Assembly: GCA_965248815.1 (NCBI GenBank)
Contig: CBDFKK010000008.1
Location: 1,493,720-1,557,719, forward strand
Direction of reading: 5' to 3'
Source of the DNA: Alphaproteobacteria bacterium
GTDB lineage: Bacteria; Pseudomonadota; Alphaproteobacteria; SMXP01
DNA length: 64,000 nt
The notes under the pieces were generated by a model. That model did not search any database, was not told where the DNA came from, and saw nothing but the letters and a program-made list of their open reading frames with translations. The translations under genes were made by a program, and so were the position numbers. Below are positions 1-8,302 of the stretch, piece after piece (positions within the stretch are counted from its first letter, which is position 1; each line of letters starts with the position of its first letter).

Positions 1-446
1 AAGACTGGTCAAAACTCGACATTACTTCAGCAACGACCACGCCGCTCGACAAAGAAATGAACGAGTCCGCATCTCTTTTGTTGCCCGGCGGATACACGGG
101 GCCGGCATTTTTGGTCTATCAGAATTTTCGTTCAATATTGCGCTACAACAATTCGACTGCATACGCCCTCGCCGTTTCACTTTTGTCAGACCGCCTTAAC
201 GGCGCTAATCCTTTGCAAGGCAATTGGCCCAAAAGCGAACCGCCGCTCTCAAGGATTGACAGAATCGACATGCAACAGCGGCTCATTAAACTTGGATACG
301 AGCCGGGCCGAGCAGACGGCATCATCGGTGCCCGCACGCGCGCGGCGCTACGTCTGTTTCAGCGGGACATTGGCGTACCCGCCGATGGTTTTCCAACTCT
401 TGCAGTCTTGTCCCGCCTGAGACAAAGCAAAGGAGCAAACCCTTAG
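1..446 (+). CDS. Lytic murein transglycosylase (MltB/Slt family-2 like), 5'-truncated at window edge, with C-terminal peptidoglycan-binding domain
   Basis: Frame is open from nt 1 to TAG at 444-446. The C-terminal LGYEPGRADGIIGARTRAALRLFQRDIGVPADG matches the PG_binding_1 motif. The upstream YTGPAFLVYQNFRSILRYNNSTAYALAVSLLSDRL resembles the MltB-family core. Confidence 0.55.
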   Translation, partial: DWSKLDITSATTTPLDKEMNESASLLLPGGYTGPAFLVYQNFRSILRYNNSTAYALAVSLLSDRLNGANPLQGNWPKSEPPLSRIDRIDMQQRLIKLGYEPGRADGIIGARTRAALRLFQRDIGVPADGFPTLAVLSRLRQSKGANP

Positions 447-486
447 GTTTGCTCCTTCTCAACTCTGAATGTCGATCTAGCCGATC

Positions 487-894
487 TTATTCAGGATTAG
501 CTTCTGTGTGGGCGGCAGCTTGTGCGTTGTAGGCCTCCACGAATACTTCCTGTTCGCCAACAAACGAATCATAGACCATCGTCACAGCTTGATCTTGTTC
601 CGGCGTCAACGCGTCGCCAGCGGCTTGTGCTGCGTCATTAATGCAATCTTGATACGCCGTAATCCGCTCGCCCCAGCTGTTGTAATCACTGACGACGCCG
701 TTCATCTGATCTTCAGTCGCCGTCGTCCCATCCGGAACTGTAGGCGCAACGCCGGGAGCTGTGCACTCGGATATGCCCGGTACTTCCGTCAGTATCACTT
801 TTGCGCCTTCGAGCGTCAATTCTTGAGCACTCGCCGAAACAATTCCAAAACAGGTCGCTCCAACCGCAGCCGTCATGAAGAATTTATTCATCAT
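487..894 (-). CDS. Hypothetical secreted protein (N-terminal signal peptide)
   Basis: 135-aa ORF. The N-terminus MMNKFFMTAAVGATCFGIVSASAQE is a typical Sec signal. It is acidic and Ala/Thr-rich. I recognise no family. Confidence 0.4.
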   Translation of the reverse strand: MMNKFFMTAAVGATCFGIVSASAQELTLEGAKVILTEVPGISECTAPGVAPTVPDGTTATEDQMNGVVSDYNSWGERITAYQDCINDAAQAAGDALTPEQDQAVTMVYDSFVGEQEVFVEAYNAQAAAHTEANPE

Positions 895-1031
895 GTCCCT
901 CCAAAACTATCTTCGTACTAAATCCCACGCCCAAACCCGGACATTAGTGCGTCTCTTTCAAACTCACAACGCCGAATTGCGGCGCTTTTTATGGTTACCC
1001 GTAGGTTAAATCTGAAACGCCGCAGCAATGC

Positions 1032-1046
1032 TGGCTTTGAACAAGC
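1032..1046 (+). promoter_or_regulatory. Candidate sigma-54 (-24/-12) promoter element TGGCtttgaacaaGCtg upstream of motA
   Basis: GG-N10-GC spacing matches TGGCAC-N5-TTGC(A/T). It lies about 115 bp upstream of the motA start. This is a pattern match only. Confidence 0.2.
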
Positions 1047-1162
1047 TGTTTAAGGTCCTTTCACGCAACCTTAAGCAATAATTTTCATTATGTCCCTGCG
1101 AAGGAAGCGGGGGTTAGCCCGCTCATCCCGCATCTACTGTTGGGTGGGAATAAGGCAAAAAT

Positions 1163-2035
1163 ATGTTTCAGCTGGGCGGCATCGCGTTCGTTTTCATAAC
1201 GGTGTTCGGGGGCTTCGTTCTCGCCGGCGGCCATTTTGATGTGATCATCAAAGCGCTGCCGTTTGAATTGATGATGATCGGGGGCGCCGCCATCGGCGCC
1301 TTTATCATTGGCAATAGCTCGACCTTCATCTTTGCAACACTTAAGGACATCGGAAAATTTGTCTCCGGCCCCAAATGGAAGGACCAAGACTATACGGACC
1401 TTTTGTGCCTTCTGTTCCTCCTTACCAAGACAATGAAGTCAAAGGGCGTGATTGCCCTTGAGTCGCATATTGAAAACCCAACCGAAAGTGCAATTTTCAC
1501 GCGCTATCCCCGATTGCTCGCCGATCACTTTTGCATGCACTTCATTTGCGACACGCTGCGCATGATGACCATGAATTTCGAAGATCCTCATCAAGTTGAA
1601 GACGCCATGGAAAAGCTGTTGGAAAAGCACCATCACGAAGTGGAGGCGCCCGCTCACGCGATGCAACAGATGGCGGACGCTCTGCCGGCACTCGGCATCG
1701 TCGCGGCGGTGCTCGGGATCATTAAGACGATGGGCGCTATTACAGAGCCGCCGGCGGTACTTGGTAAAATGATCGGCGGCGCACTCGTCGGCACGTTCTT
1801 AGGTGTCTTTTTGGCCTACGGATTTGTCGGTCCCATTGCCAGCCGCCTCGGCCAAGTCTATTCGGAAGAGTTCCAATTCTATCAAATCATTCGTGACGTT
1901 TTGGTCGCCCACCTTCATGGAAACGCCGCACAGATCTCTGTAGAAATTGGCCGCGGTAATGTACCGACCGCGAGCCAGCCAAGCTTTTATCAGCTTGAAG
2001 AAGCGATCAACGAAATCCCGCCTGAAGTTCGCTAG
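1163..2035 (+). CDS. motA: Flagellar motor stator protein MotA
   Basis: 290 aa with four TM helices. The conserved C-terminal MotA/TolQ/ExbB core ALPALGIVAAVLGIIKTMGAI is present. Length and layout are typical of MotA. No motB follows; the next gene is convergent. Confidence 0.8.
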   Translation: MFQLGGIAFVFITVFGGFVLAGGHFDVIIKALPFELMMIGGAAIGAFIIGNSSTFIFATLKDIGKFVSGPKWKDQDYTDLLCLLFLLTKTMKSKGVIALESHIENPTESAIFTRYPRLLADHFCMHFICDTLRMMTMNFEDPHQVEDAMEKLLEKHHHEVEAPAHAMQQMADALPALGIVAAVLGIIKTMGAITEPPAVLGKMIGGALVGTFLGVFLAYGFVGPIASRLGQVYSEEFQFYQIIRDVLVAHLHGNAAQISVEIGRGNVPTASQPSFYQLEEAINEIPPEVR

Positions 2036-2056
2036 GCCGGAGCGCCACTTCTCAAG

Positions 2057-4249
2057 TCAGCCAGAAGACAAATCGTGGTTGGAGACCGGCAACGTCCGGA
2101 GACGTTTGCCCGTAGCCGCAAAGATCGCATTGGTGAGGGCTGCCTGAACAGCGGGCGTGGCCAATTCGCCCACGCCGCCAGGTTCCGCCTCACTGTCAAT
2201 AAAGTGTGTCTCCACCTCGGGCATCTCTTCTAACGTCATCATAGGATAGTCGTGGAAATTACTTTCAAGCACGGCGCCGTTTTTAATCGTAACTTGGTTC
2301 TTGAGAGCAGCAGTGAGGCCTTGAAACAATCCACCTTCAATTTGCTGGCGCACCAGGTCCGGATTGACAACGCGCCCGCAATCCACCGCGTTCACGACGC
2401 GATGCAATTTGACTTTGCCGCGTTCGACCGACAGCTCAACGACTTGGGCGATGAAGCTTCCGTAACAAGGCCAAAGCGCGATGCCCCGCGCGCGACCCGT
2501 TTGCGCCGGCATGCGCCAATTTGATTTTTCAGCCGCAAGATCGAGGACGGCGCGCAGACGCGGTTTCTCAATGAGTAGATCGCGGCGATACTCGTATGGA
2601 TCTTGTTTCGCGTCTTGCGCCAGTTCATCAATAATGCTCTCGACAAAAAAGATGGCATAACTGCGTTGCACCGAACGCCATGTCCCAAGCGGAGCCGCGT
2701 AGTTACGCTTAACGTGAGCAAAACGAATGTTGGGAATATTGTAGGGCGTTTCATCGAGCCCATTCATGACGTTGGGATCAGCCTCATCATCTTTTACCGG
2801 CAGAAACGCGGGCGCCACAAAGCGCAAATCAAGTGCTTCCGGCTTTCCTTGCTCGTCGAGGGTTGCTCGATAGGACGCCGCAACGGCGGGCCGGTAGTAG
2901 TCGTGCGTGGTTGATTCCTCACGCGACCAAATCACATTGACCGGCGCACCGGCAGCTTGCGTAATTTGGACGGCGCGCACTTCAAGGTCCTGCCCAAGTC
3001 TGCGGCCGAAACTGCCGCCCAAATAAGGCGTGTGAACCGTGACTTGCTCCGTTGACAATCCAAGCAACTCGGCAACTTTCGTTGTCGATCGGGTCATGTT
3101 TTGCGTGCCTGTCCAAATCTCGCAGGCATCAGTGTCGAGCCGCACGGTGCATGACAAAGGCTCCATCGCCATATGCGCCAAGAAGGGCATAAAAAACGTG
3201 CCGCGCTTGACATTTGGCGCTGCCGCGTTGACTTGCTCCACATCGCCGGCGACTTTGTAGTCTGCGCCACGATCTGATTCCGCCGCCTCAATGAATGAGT
3301 CGTATATGTCATCGGAAGACATGTTCGGCTCGTCACCACCTTCAAACTCAATCCGCATTTCATCGAGCGCCGACTTGGCCTGCCACCAACCAACCGCCAC
3401 GACCGCGACCGCATTGTCCATCGGCACAATTGCGCGTACGCCGGGCATCGTGCGCGCCGCACCTTCCGCCACACTCTTGACCCGCCCGCCATAGACCGGG
3501 CTCTGTTTGACGGCTGCGTACAACATGCCAGGCAGCGCGACGTCGATGGTAAACTCAAGCGTGCCATCCGACTTGTCTGCCACGCGCGGCGAGGGCAATG
3601 ATCGGCCGATGAATTTGAACTGTTCCGGAGATTTGAGCTTAGGCGGGGACGGCAGCTCAAGGTTGGCTGCCTCTTCGGCTAATGCTCCATATGAAAGCGC
3701 ATCCCCGCTTCGCACATTGACGACTTTGCCATCTGTTGTTTCGCAGTATTCAGGCGCAACGTCCCAGCGTGCCGCGGCCGCACGGACAAGCATGTCGCGG
3801 GCGGCAGCTCCAGCTTCACGCAAGGGCTGGTAGTAATAGCGAATGCTGGTGCTTGCGGCTGTTGATTGCATGGGCATCCCCATGCCGGGATTGTTGTACG
3901 CCGGATCCAAGGTCGCGCGCACGACGCACAATTGGTCCCAGCGCGCGTCCAGCTCGTCAGCTAAGATTTGCGGTATGGCAGTGTCGACGCCTTGGCCCAT
4001 TTCTGCGCACGGATTAATCAGAGTCACCGTGTCGTCTGGCGCAATCTGAACATAAATGTTGAAGCGGATCGGATCGCCCGAGGCAGCGCCCACTGGCGCA
4101 TCGTCTTCGGAGCAGCCAAGCGTCGCGCCGAGAACAAGCCCGCTAGCAGCGAGCCCGCCCGCTTGCACAAAGACGCGACGATTTATCTTGGATTGGGCTT
4201 TTGCGATTTTTTCTCCTGCGCTCATTCGGCCGATCATAGGGAATGGCAC
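2057..4249 (-). CDS. Xanthine-dehydrogenase-family molybdopterin-binding subunit (IorB / membrane aldehyde dehydrogenase large-subunit-like), Tat signal
   Basis: 730 aa. The twin-arginine motif NRRVFVQAGGLAASGLVLGA is near the N-terminus; the true start may be the internal Met at about 4225. The overall Ald_Xan_dh_C2-like composition is typical of IorB. No adjacent 2Fe-2S small-subunit gene. Confidence 0.7.
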   Translation of the reverse strand: MPFPMIGRMSAGEKIAKAQSKINRRVFVQAGGLAASGLVLGATLGCSEDDAPVGAASGDPIRFNIYVQIAPDDTVTLINPCAEMGQGVDTAIPQILADELDARWDQLCVVRATLDPAYNNPGMGMPMQSTAASTSIRYYYQPLREAGAAARDMLVRAAAARWDVAPEYCETTDGKVVNVRSGDALSYGALAEEAANLELPSPPKLKSPEQFKFIGRSLPSPRVADKSDGTLEFTIDVALPGMLYAAVKQSPVYGGRVKSVAEGAARTMPGVRAIVPMDNAVAVVAVGWWQAKSALDEMRIEFEGGDEPNMSSDDIYDSFIEAAESDRGADYKVAGDVEQVNAAAPNVKRGTFFMPFLAHMAMEPLSCTVRLDTDACEIWTGTQNMTRSTTKVAELLGLSTEQVTVHTPYLGGSFGRRLGQDLEVRAVQITQAAGAPVNVIWSREESTTHDYYRPAVAASYRATLDEQGKPEALDLRFVAPAFLPVKDDEADPNVMNGLDETPYNIPNIRFAHVKRNYAAPLGTWRSVQRSYAIFFVESIIDELAQDAKQDPYEYRRDLLIEKPRLRAVLDLAAEKSNWRMPAQTGRARGIALWPCYGSFIAQVVELSVERGKVKLHRVVNAVDCGRVVNPDLVRQQIEGGLFQGLTAALKNQVTIKNGAVLESNFHDYPMMTLEEMPEVETHFIDSEAEPGGVGELATPAVQAALTNAIFAATGKRLRTLPVSNHDLSSG

Positions 4250-4341
4250 TCGGCGGCGCTACACTGTACTGTATGGTCCGGCCCGGCCGTTCAGACGTAG
4301 AGGGAAATGAGTTGGCAAACGCTCCAATCAGCTTTAAACGG

Positions 4342-4761
4342 ATGAACCTTGTGGTCAGCGATCTTGACCGTGCGCTCAGGGTCTATCGCGATTGTCTGGG
4401 ATTTGAGGTTGAGCATATAAAGAACTCCGCGGACGACTCCTACTCTTATCCCGTGTTCGAATTCCCGCGCGATGCCAAGATCCGCTTCGCGACCCTTGAC
4501 ACACCGGGGCAGAAACGCGTCTTCGCACTGACCGAGCTAACCGGCGCGGAGCTGCCCAAACCACCAGTGCCCCGGGTCGCCGCCGCTGTCATCAATATTG
4601 ACAAGTTTGACGATGCCATCGCCCGCCTTACGGACGAGGGCGTGAAGATTTATCCCGAAGGCGCGTTGAAGGGGGAAGATGGCAACCCAAAGGGGCGCGA
4701 GCTTGGCTTTGTCGATCACGATGGCCACCTCATTGTCATCTACAGATTAAACGACGCCTAA
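4342..4761 (+). CDS. VOC-family protein (glyoxalase/bleomycin-resistance/dioxygenase fold)
   Basis: MNLVVSDLDRALRVYRDCLGFEV is the typical glyoxalase N-terminal beta-alpha-beta motif. I moved the start to the internal Met; the track ORF starts at 4243. Confidence 0.55.
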   Translation: MNLVVSDLDRALRVYRDCLGFEVEHIKNSADDSYSYPVFEFPRDAKIRFATLDTPGQKRVFALTELTGAELPKPPVPRVAAAVINIDKFDDAIARLTDEGVKIYPEGALKGEDGNPKGRELGFVDHDGHLIVIYRLNDA

Positions 4762-4789
4762 TTAAAACCGCCGAACAGGACAAAGACAT

Positions 4790-6301
4790 ATGTCAGTTGC
4801 TGAAGAGACACGAACCAATGTTCAAATGACGGGCCCTTACGACTCGTTTCGTGATTTTATTGCGGCGCTCGAAGCGCGCGGCCGCCTCATCCGAATCAAA
4901 GAGATGGATCAGGATCAATTTGAAGCGACGAGCTTCGCCTACAAACTCATCGAAAAATACGGTTACTACGAAGCCCCGGGATTCGTCATTGAACGGATCA
5001 AAATTGACGGCAAATGGGTCGAAGGACCGTTGTTCGGCAATATGTACGGCGCGTGGGACGTCGATGCCATGATTTTCGGCGTCGAAAACGTCACCAACAA
5101 TTACAACGCCATGTACCACGCCGCGATCGACAAGCTGAAATCAAAGGCGGACCGCAACGGCGCCTGGCCGCTCGTGCCGCCCACCACAACGGACGCCAAG
5201 AACGCGCCGGTGAAAGAAGTCGTCATCACCGGGAAAGATGTCGACATTACGAAATTCCCCTGGTTGCATAACAACCCGGCCGACGTCGGCCGCTATCTCA
5301 ATATGGGCGCGGTGATCATTGACGATCCAGAGCTCGGCCGAAATGTCGGCACCTATCGCTGCCAAATCAAAGACAAGACCAAGATCGGGGTGAACCCGGA
5401 AATCGGTCAGGACGCCTGGCGGATGTTGATGACCGCGCGACGGCAGGGCCGCAAGACGGTTCCCGTCGCCATCGCCCTTGGTGTCGATCCCATCACATTT
5501 TGTTTTAGTGCGACAAAGGCGTGTGGCCCGCGCCAAGACGAGTTAGGGCTCGCCGGCGGCATGCGCGGCAGCCCCGTCGAGCTCGTCAAGTGCGAAACCT
5601 CCGACATTATGGTGCCGGCCAACGCGGAGCTTATCGTCGAAGGCGAAGTGCCGGTCGGCGAAGACGAGCCGGAAGGGCCCTACGGCGAGATGTACGGCTA
5701 TATCGGTCTTGAAAAGCCGCAGAACTTTTTCATGAATATCAAGGCGATCACCCACCGCCACAAGCCGTGGTTTCCCAACGACTTTACCGGTGCGGTTCGC
5801 GGCGCGGTGATGGCGCCGGTCGACGCTATGGGGTTCTTGCGCTTTAAAAAGATGATTTACAATTTGGTCGCGCTGCACACGCCGACCGATGCGGTCGGCT
5901 TTATCATCATCAGCATCGATAAGACACAGCCCGGTGACGGGATCACTGCGGGCCTGCAGGTCGCCGGCAATCTCAACATCGCCAAGATCACTGTCGTCGT
6001 CGACAAGGATGTGGACGTTTACAATTTCCAAGAGGTGATGTCGGCGGTGGGCTCACGCTGGCAGCCCCACCCGGCGAGCGTCATCATCGAACAGACCAAA
6101 GGCATGCGGCTCGACCCGAGCACGCGCAACAGAGGCATGGGCAGCAACATCGTCATCGATGCCACGCGCCAGTTCCCCGAAGAAGGCGGACCGGACGCCT
6201 ATCCGCCGGTCAACCTCACCGCGCTCACCGACGGCGCGCCGGACGCCATGAAGCTCGTCGAATCCAAATGGGACGAGTATCTGAAGGACTGGCAGGGGTA
6301 A
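4790..6301 (+). CDS. UbiD-family (prFMN-dependent) aromatic acid decarboxylase
   Basis: 503 aa. The N-terminal RDFIAALEARGRLIRIKE and the later VPANAELIVEGEV...GPYGEMYGY motifs are typical of UbiD/4-hydroxybenzoate decarboxylases. Confidence 0.8.
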   Translation: MSVAEETRTNVQMTGPYDSFRDFIAALEARGRLIRIKEMDQDQFEATSFAYKLIEKYGYYEAPGFVIERIKIDGKWVEGPLFGNMYGAWDVDAMIFGVENVTNNYNAMYHAAIDKLKSKADRNGAWPLVPPTTTDAKNAPVKEVVITGKDVDITKFPWLHNNPADVGRYLNMGAVIIDDPELGRNVGTYRCQIKDKTKIGVNPEIGQDAWRMLMTARRQGRKTVPVAIALGVDPITFCFSATKACGPRQDELGLAGGMRGSPVELVKCETSDIMVPANAELIVEGEVPVGEDEPEGPYGEMYGYIGLEKPQNFFMNIKAITHRHKPWFPNDFTGAVRGAVMAPVDAMGFLRFKKMIYNLVALHTPTDAVGFIIISIDKTQPGDGITAGLQVAGNLNIAKITVVVDKDVDVYNFQEVMSAVGSRWQPHPASVIIEQTKGMRLDPSTRNRGMGSNIVIDATRQFPEEGGPDAYPPVNLTALTDGAPDAMKLVESKWDEYLKDWQG

Positions 6302-6461
6302 CGCTTAGACTAACGACCCTGCAAGCTCAATCAGGTCACTGCAACGCACTAACGGCACTATTCTGAATGCCGTCAAATGGGCGGCCTATAGGCGATTATC
6401 TCGACGATAACCCGGTCGGTTTTGGCTTGATATTATATGTTATACGTACTACGTTAAGCGT

Positions 6462-6740
6462 ATGATACGGAGCTTCGCCGATCAAGAGACGCAAGCTTTA
6501 TATGACGGTCTGAAAGTGCGACGGTGGCAGGCCATTGAGGGTGTTGCGCGAAGAAAACTTGACATGATTCACGACGCCGAAAGGATTGGCGACCTTCGAT
6601 CACCGCCGGGAAACAGATTAGAGGCCCTTAAAGGCGACGGGCGAGGACAACGGAGCATCAGAATAAACGATCAGTACAGAATTTGTTTTGTGTGGAGGAA
6701 TGGAGATGCCTACGAAGTCGAAATCACAGACTACCATTAA
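6462..6740 (+). CDS. higB: Type II toxin HigB (RelE/ParE superfamily, 'plasmid maintenance system killer')
   Basis: 92 aa. LRSPPGNRLEALKGDGRGQRSIRINDQYRICFVWRNGDAYEVEITDYH matches the HigB consensus nearly position by position. It overlaps the downstream antitoxin gene. Confidence 0.75.
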   Translation: MIRSFADQETQALYDGLKVRRWQAIEGVARRKLDMIHDAERIGDLRSPPGNRLEALKGDGRGQRSIRINDQYRICFVWRNGDAYEVEITDYH

Positions 6741-7083
6741 GAATGAAATGGGCTTTCCGACCAATCGTGTCAGTACGCATCCCGGTGAGATTCTTTTAGA
6801 GGAATTTATGAAGCCGTTCGGCCTGTCGGCGAACGCGCTCGCTCTGGACCTTCATGTACCGTCAAATAGAATACTGGCAATTTCAAAGAGCGAGCGTGCA
6901 GTGTCTGCCGATACAGCTCTTCGGCTTTCCCGCTATTTCGGAACCACGGCAAAGTTTTGGACCAATCTTCAGAACACCTACGATCTATCAAAAGAATATT
7001 TGGAACGACATCGCACCATTGAGCGCGAAGTCGTTCCTCACAACGCTGATTCAGAAGTCGTTCCTCACAACGCTGATTCATAA
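6706..7083 (+). CDS. higA: Antitoxin HigA (XRE-family HTH)
   Basis: HPGEILLEEFMKPFGLSANALALDLHVPSNRILAISKSERAVSADTALRLSRYFGTTAKFW is the HigA-type HTH_XRE motif. The start overlaps the higB end. The C-terminus carries an in-frame 27-bp tandem duplication (EVVPHNADS x2). Confidence 0.7.
   Translation: MPTKSKSQTTIKNEMGFPTNRVSTHPGEILLEEFMKPFGLSANALALDLHVPSNRILAISKSERAVSADTALRLSRYFGTTAKFWTNLQNTYDLSKEYLERHRTIEREVVPHNADSEVVPHNADS
7027..7080. repeat. Perfect 27-bp tandem duplication (2 x gaagtcgttcctcacaacgctgattca) at the 3' end of higA
   Basis: Units at 7027-7053 and 7054-7080 are identical. The repeat is in-frame and adds nine residues to HigA. Confidence 0.9.
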
Positions 7084-7098
7084 GTGTCGCGATGTATC

Positions 7099-8175
7099 CT
7101 AAACCCTCGACCCGAGCCCCGTCGGCGGGGCCGAGATATGTTCGGGGCGTTTTTCGACCCACTCGTAGTCCGGGTTCTCGGGCGGGATGTCCTGCACATA
7201 GGCTTTGGTGACATCGAGCCGCTTAGCATGTTCGGTCATGTCGTCGGGAAGCTCTAAGAACTCGGGCGCGTGCTTTTCCATATAGGCAAGCACTTGCGGA
7301 AAGACGTCGCCGGTGCCCTGCAAGCCCTTATGGCTGAACATGCGGGCAAACAGGATGCCGTCCTCAAAGCCGGAGCCGCCCATGCGCATCCAGGGCCAAA
7401 AGTTCGATTGCCGCGCGAAGCCTGCGATAAAGCGCGACGAGGGCACGTCGCGATCGACCAGCTGGTCGTAATTCATGTTGAACGTAAAATGTTCCGAGGG
7501 CGAAATGCGCGGACCGACGGACGCTTTGGGCCAGCCTTCAGGCTTTACTGGATTTGTGTAGTCGTGGGTGTAGTCCCACTCGAGTAACAAATCGTCGCCG
7601 AAGCGCTGAAACGGCATGAGGAACGGCACCTCGCCGTTCTCATCGGGGAATACCGTCCCTTCGTTCATAAGTGTCGGCACGTCGTCTTTGGTGCCGAGAT
7701 CGAAGCGCGGCATTTGAGTGCCAATGCGCCCGGCATTCATATGATTGTAGAAATGATAGACCTCGACGGTTTCCTCCGTAAACGGATTATCCCAGGTCTC
7801 AAGCACCTCACCCGTCCGCAAATCCGTAAAGAACGCCGTTTCGCGCGAGCGAATACTCAAAAACCCTTCCGGATCGTACTCGCACAGCGTCACTCCGGTA
7901 CCCGCATAGCCGAAGACTGGGATCATGCGCTTGTTGCTGATGCGCCCATACATCATGCCGTGATAGCCGCCGATGACCGGCTCGCCATAGCCGCCCCAGA
8001 TCTTGCCGAAGGCATAGAGATTGTCCTTGGGATCACCGAGATTCAATTTACCGTTTTGCGCGCTCGCCGTTTGGGGCAACATCAGGCCCACAGTACCGGC
8101 AATTGCTGCACCGCCGAGACCCATCAGTGCATCTCGACGGCTGGTCATGAGATCTGAGACAAATAACGATGACAT
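7099..8175 (-). CDS. DUF1838-family protein, Tat-signal (paralog 1 of 3)
   Basis: 358 aa. The twin-arginine signal is SRRDALMGLGGAAIAG. It shares conserved blocks (LETWxNPxTxExVEV, KWP..S.GP) with the ORFs at 8303 and 43554. Confidence 0.55.
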   Translation of the reverse strand: MSSLFVSDLMTSRRDALMGLGGAAIAGTVGLMLPQTASAQNGKLNLGDPKDNLYAFGKIWGGYGEPVIGGYHGMMYGRISNKRMIPVFGYAGTGVTLCEYDPEGFLSIRSRETAFFTDLRTGEVLETWDNPFTEETVEVYHFYNHMNAGRIGTQMPRFDLGTKDDVPTLMNEGTVFPDENGEVPFLMPFQRFGDDLLLEWDYTHDYTNPVKPEGWPKASVGPRISPSEHFTFNMNYDQLVDRDVPSSRFIAGFARQSNFWPWMRMGGSGFEDGILFARMFSHKGLQGTGDVFPQVLAYMEKHAPEFLELPDDMTEHAKRLDVTKAYVQDIPPENPDYEWVEKRPEHISAPPTGLGSRV

Positions 8176-8302
8176 GGAATTCTCCCCAATAATTCTAAAC
8201 GCTTCTGAAGCGCAGTTCGCCGGATCCTAGTCCAGAAGTAATCGCATATGGGAAAAGACGGAGCTATCAATATAATTATCTGAAGGTGCGACACCTGCGA
8301 AG

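Noticed and set aside
508-921. 137-aa plus-strand ORF
   Set aside because: It lies entirely antisense to the better-supported secreted-protein gene 487-894. Its product is Arg/Cys-rich nonsense typical of a shadow frame in GC-rich DNA.
969-992. Short GC stem (CGCCG-aattg-CGGCG) followed by TTTTT, a possible rho-independent terminator
   Set aside because: The stem is only 5 bp and no plus-strand gene ends upstream of it. The nearest plus-strand stop is over 500 bp away.
2252-6031. Multiple 60-190-aa ORFs (for example 2252-2524, 3094-3660, 5141-5536, 5543-6031) inside or antisense to iorB and ubiD
   Set aside because: These are shadow ORFs of long, well-supported genes in high-GC DNA. They have no motifs and a biased Arg/Ala/Pro composition.
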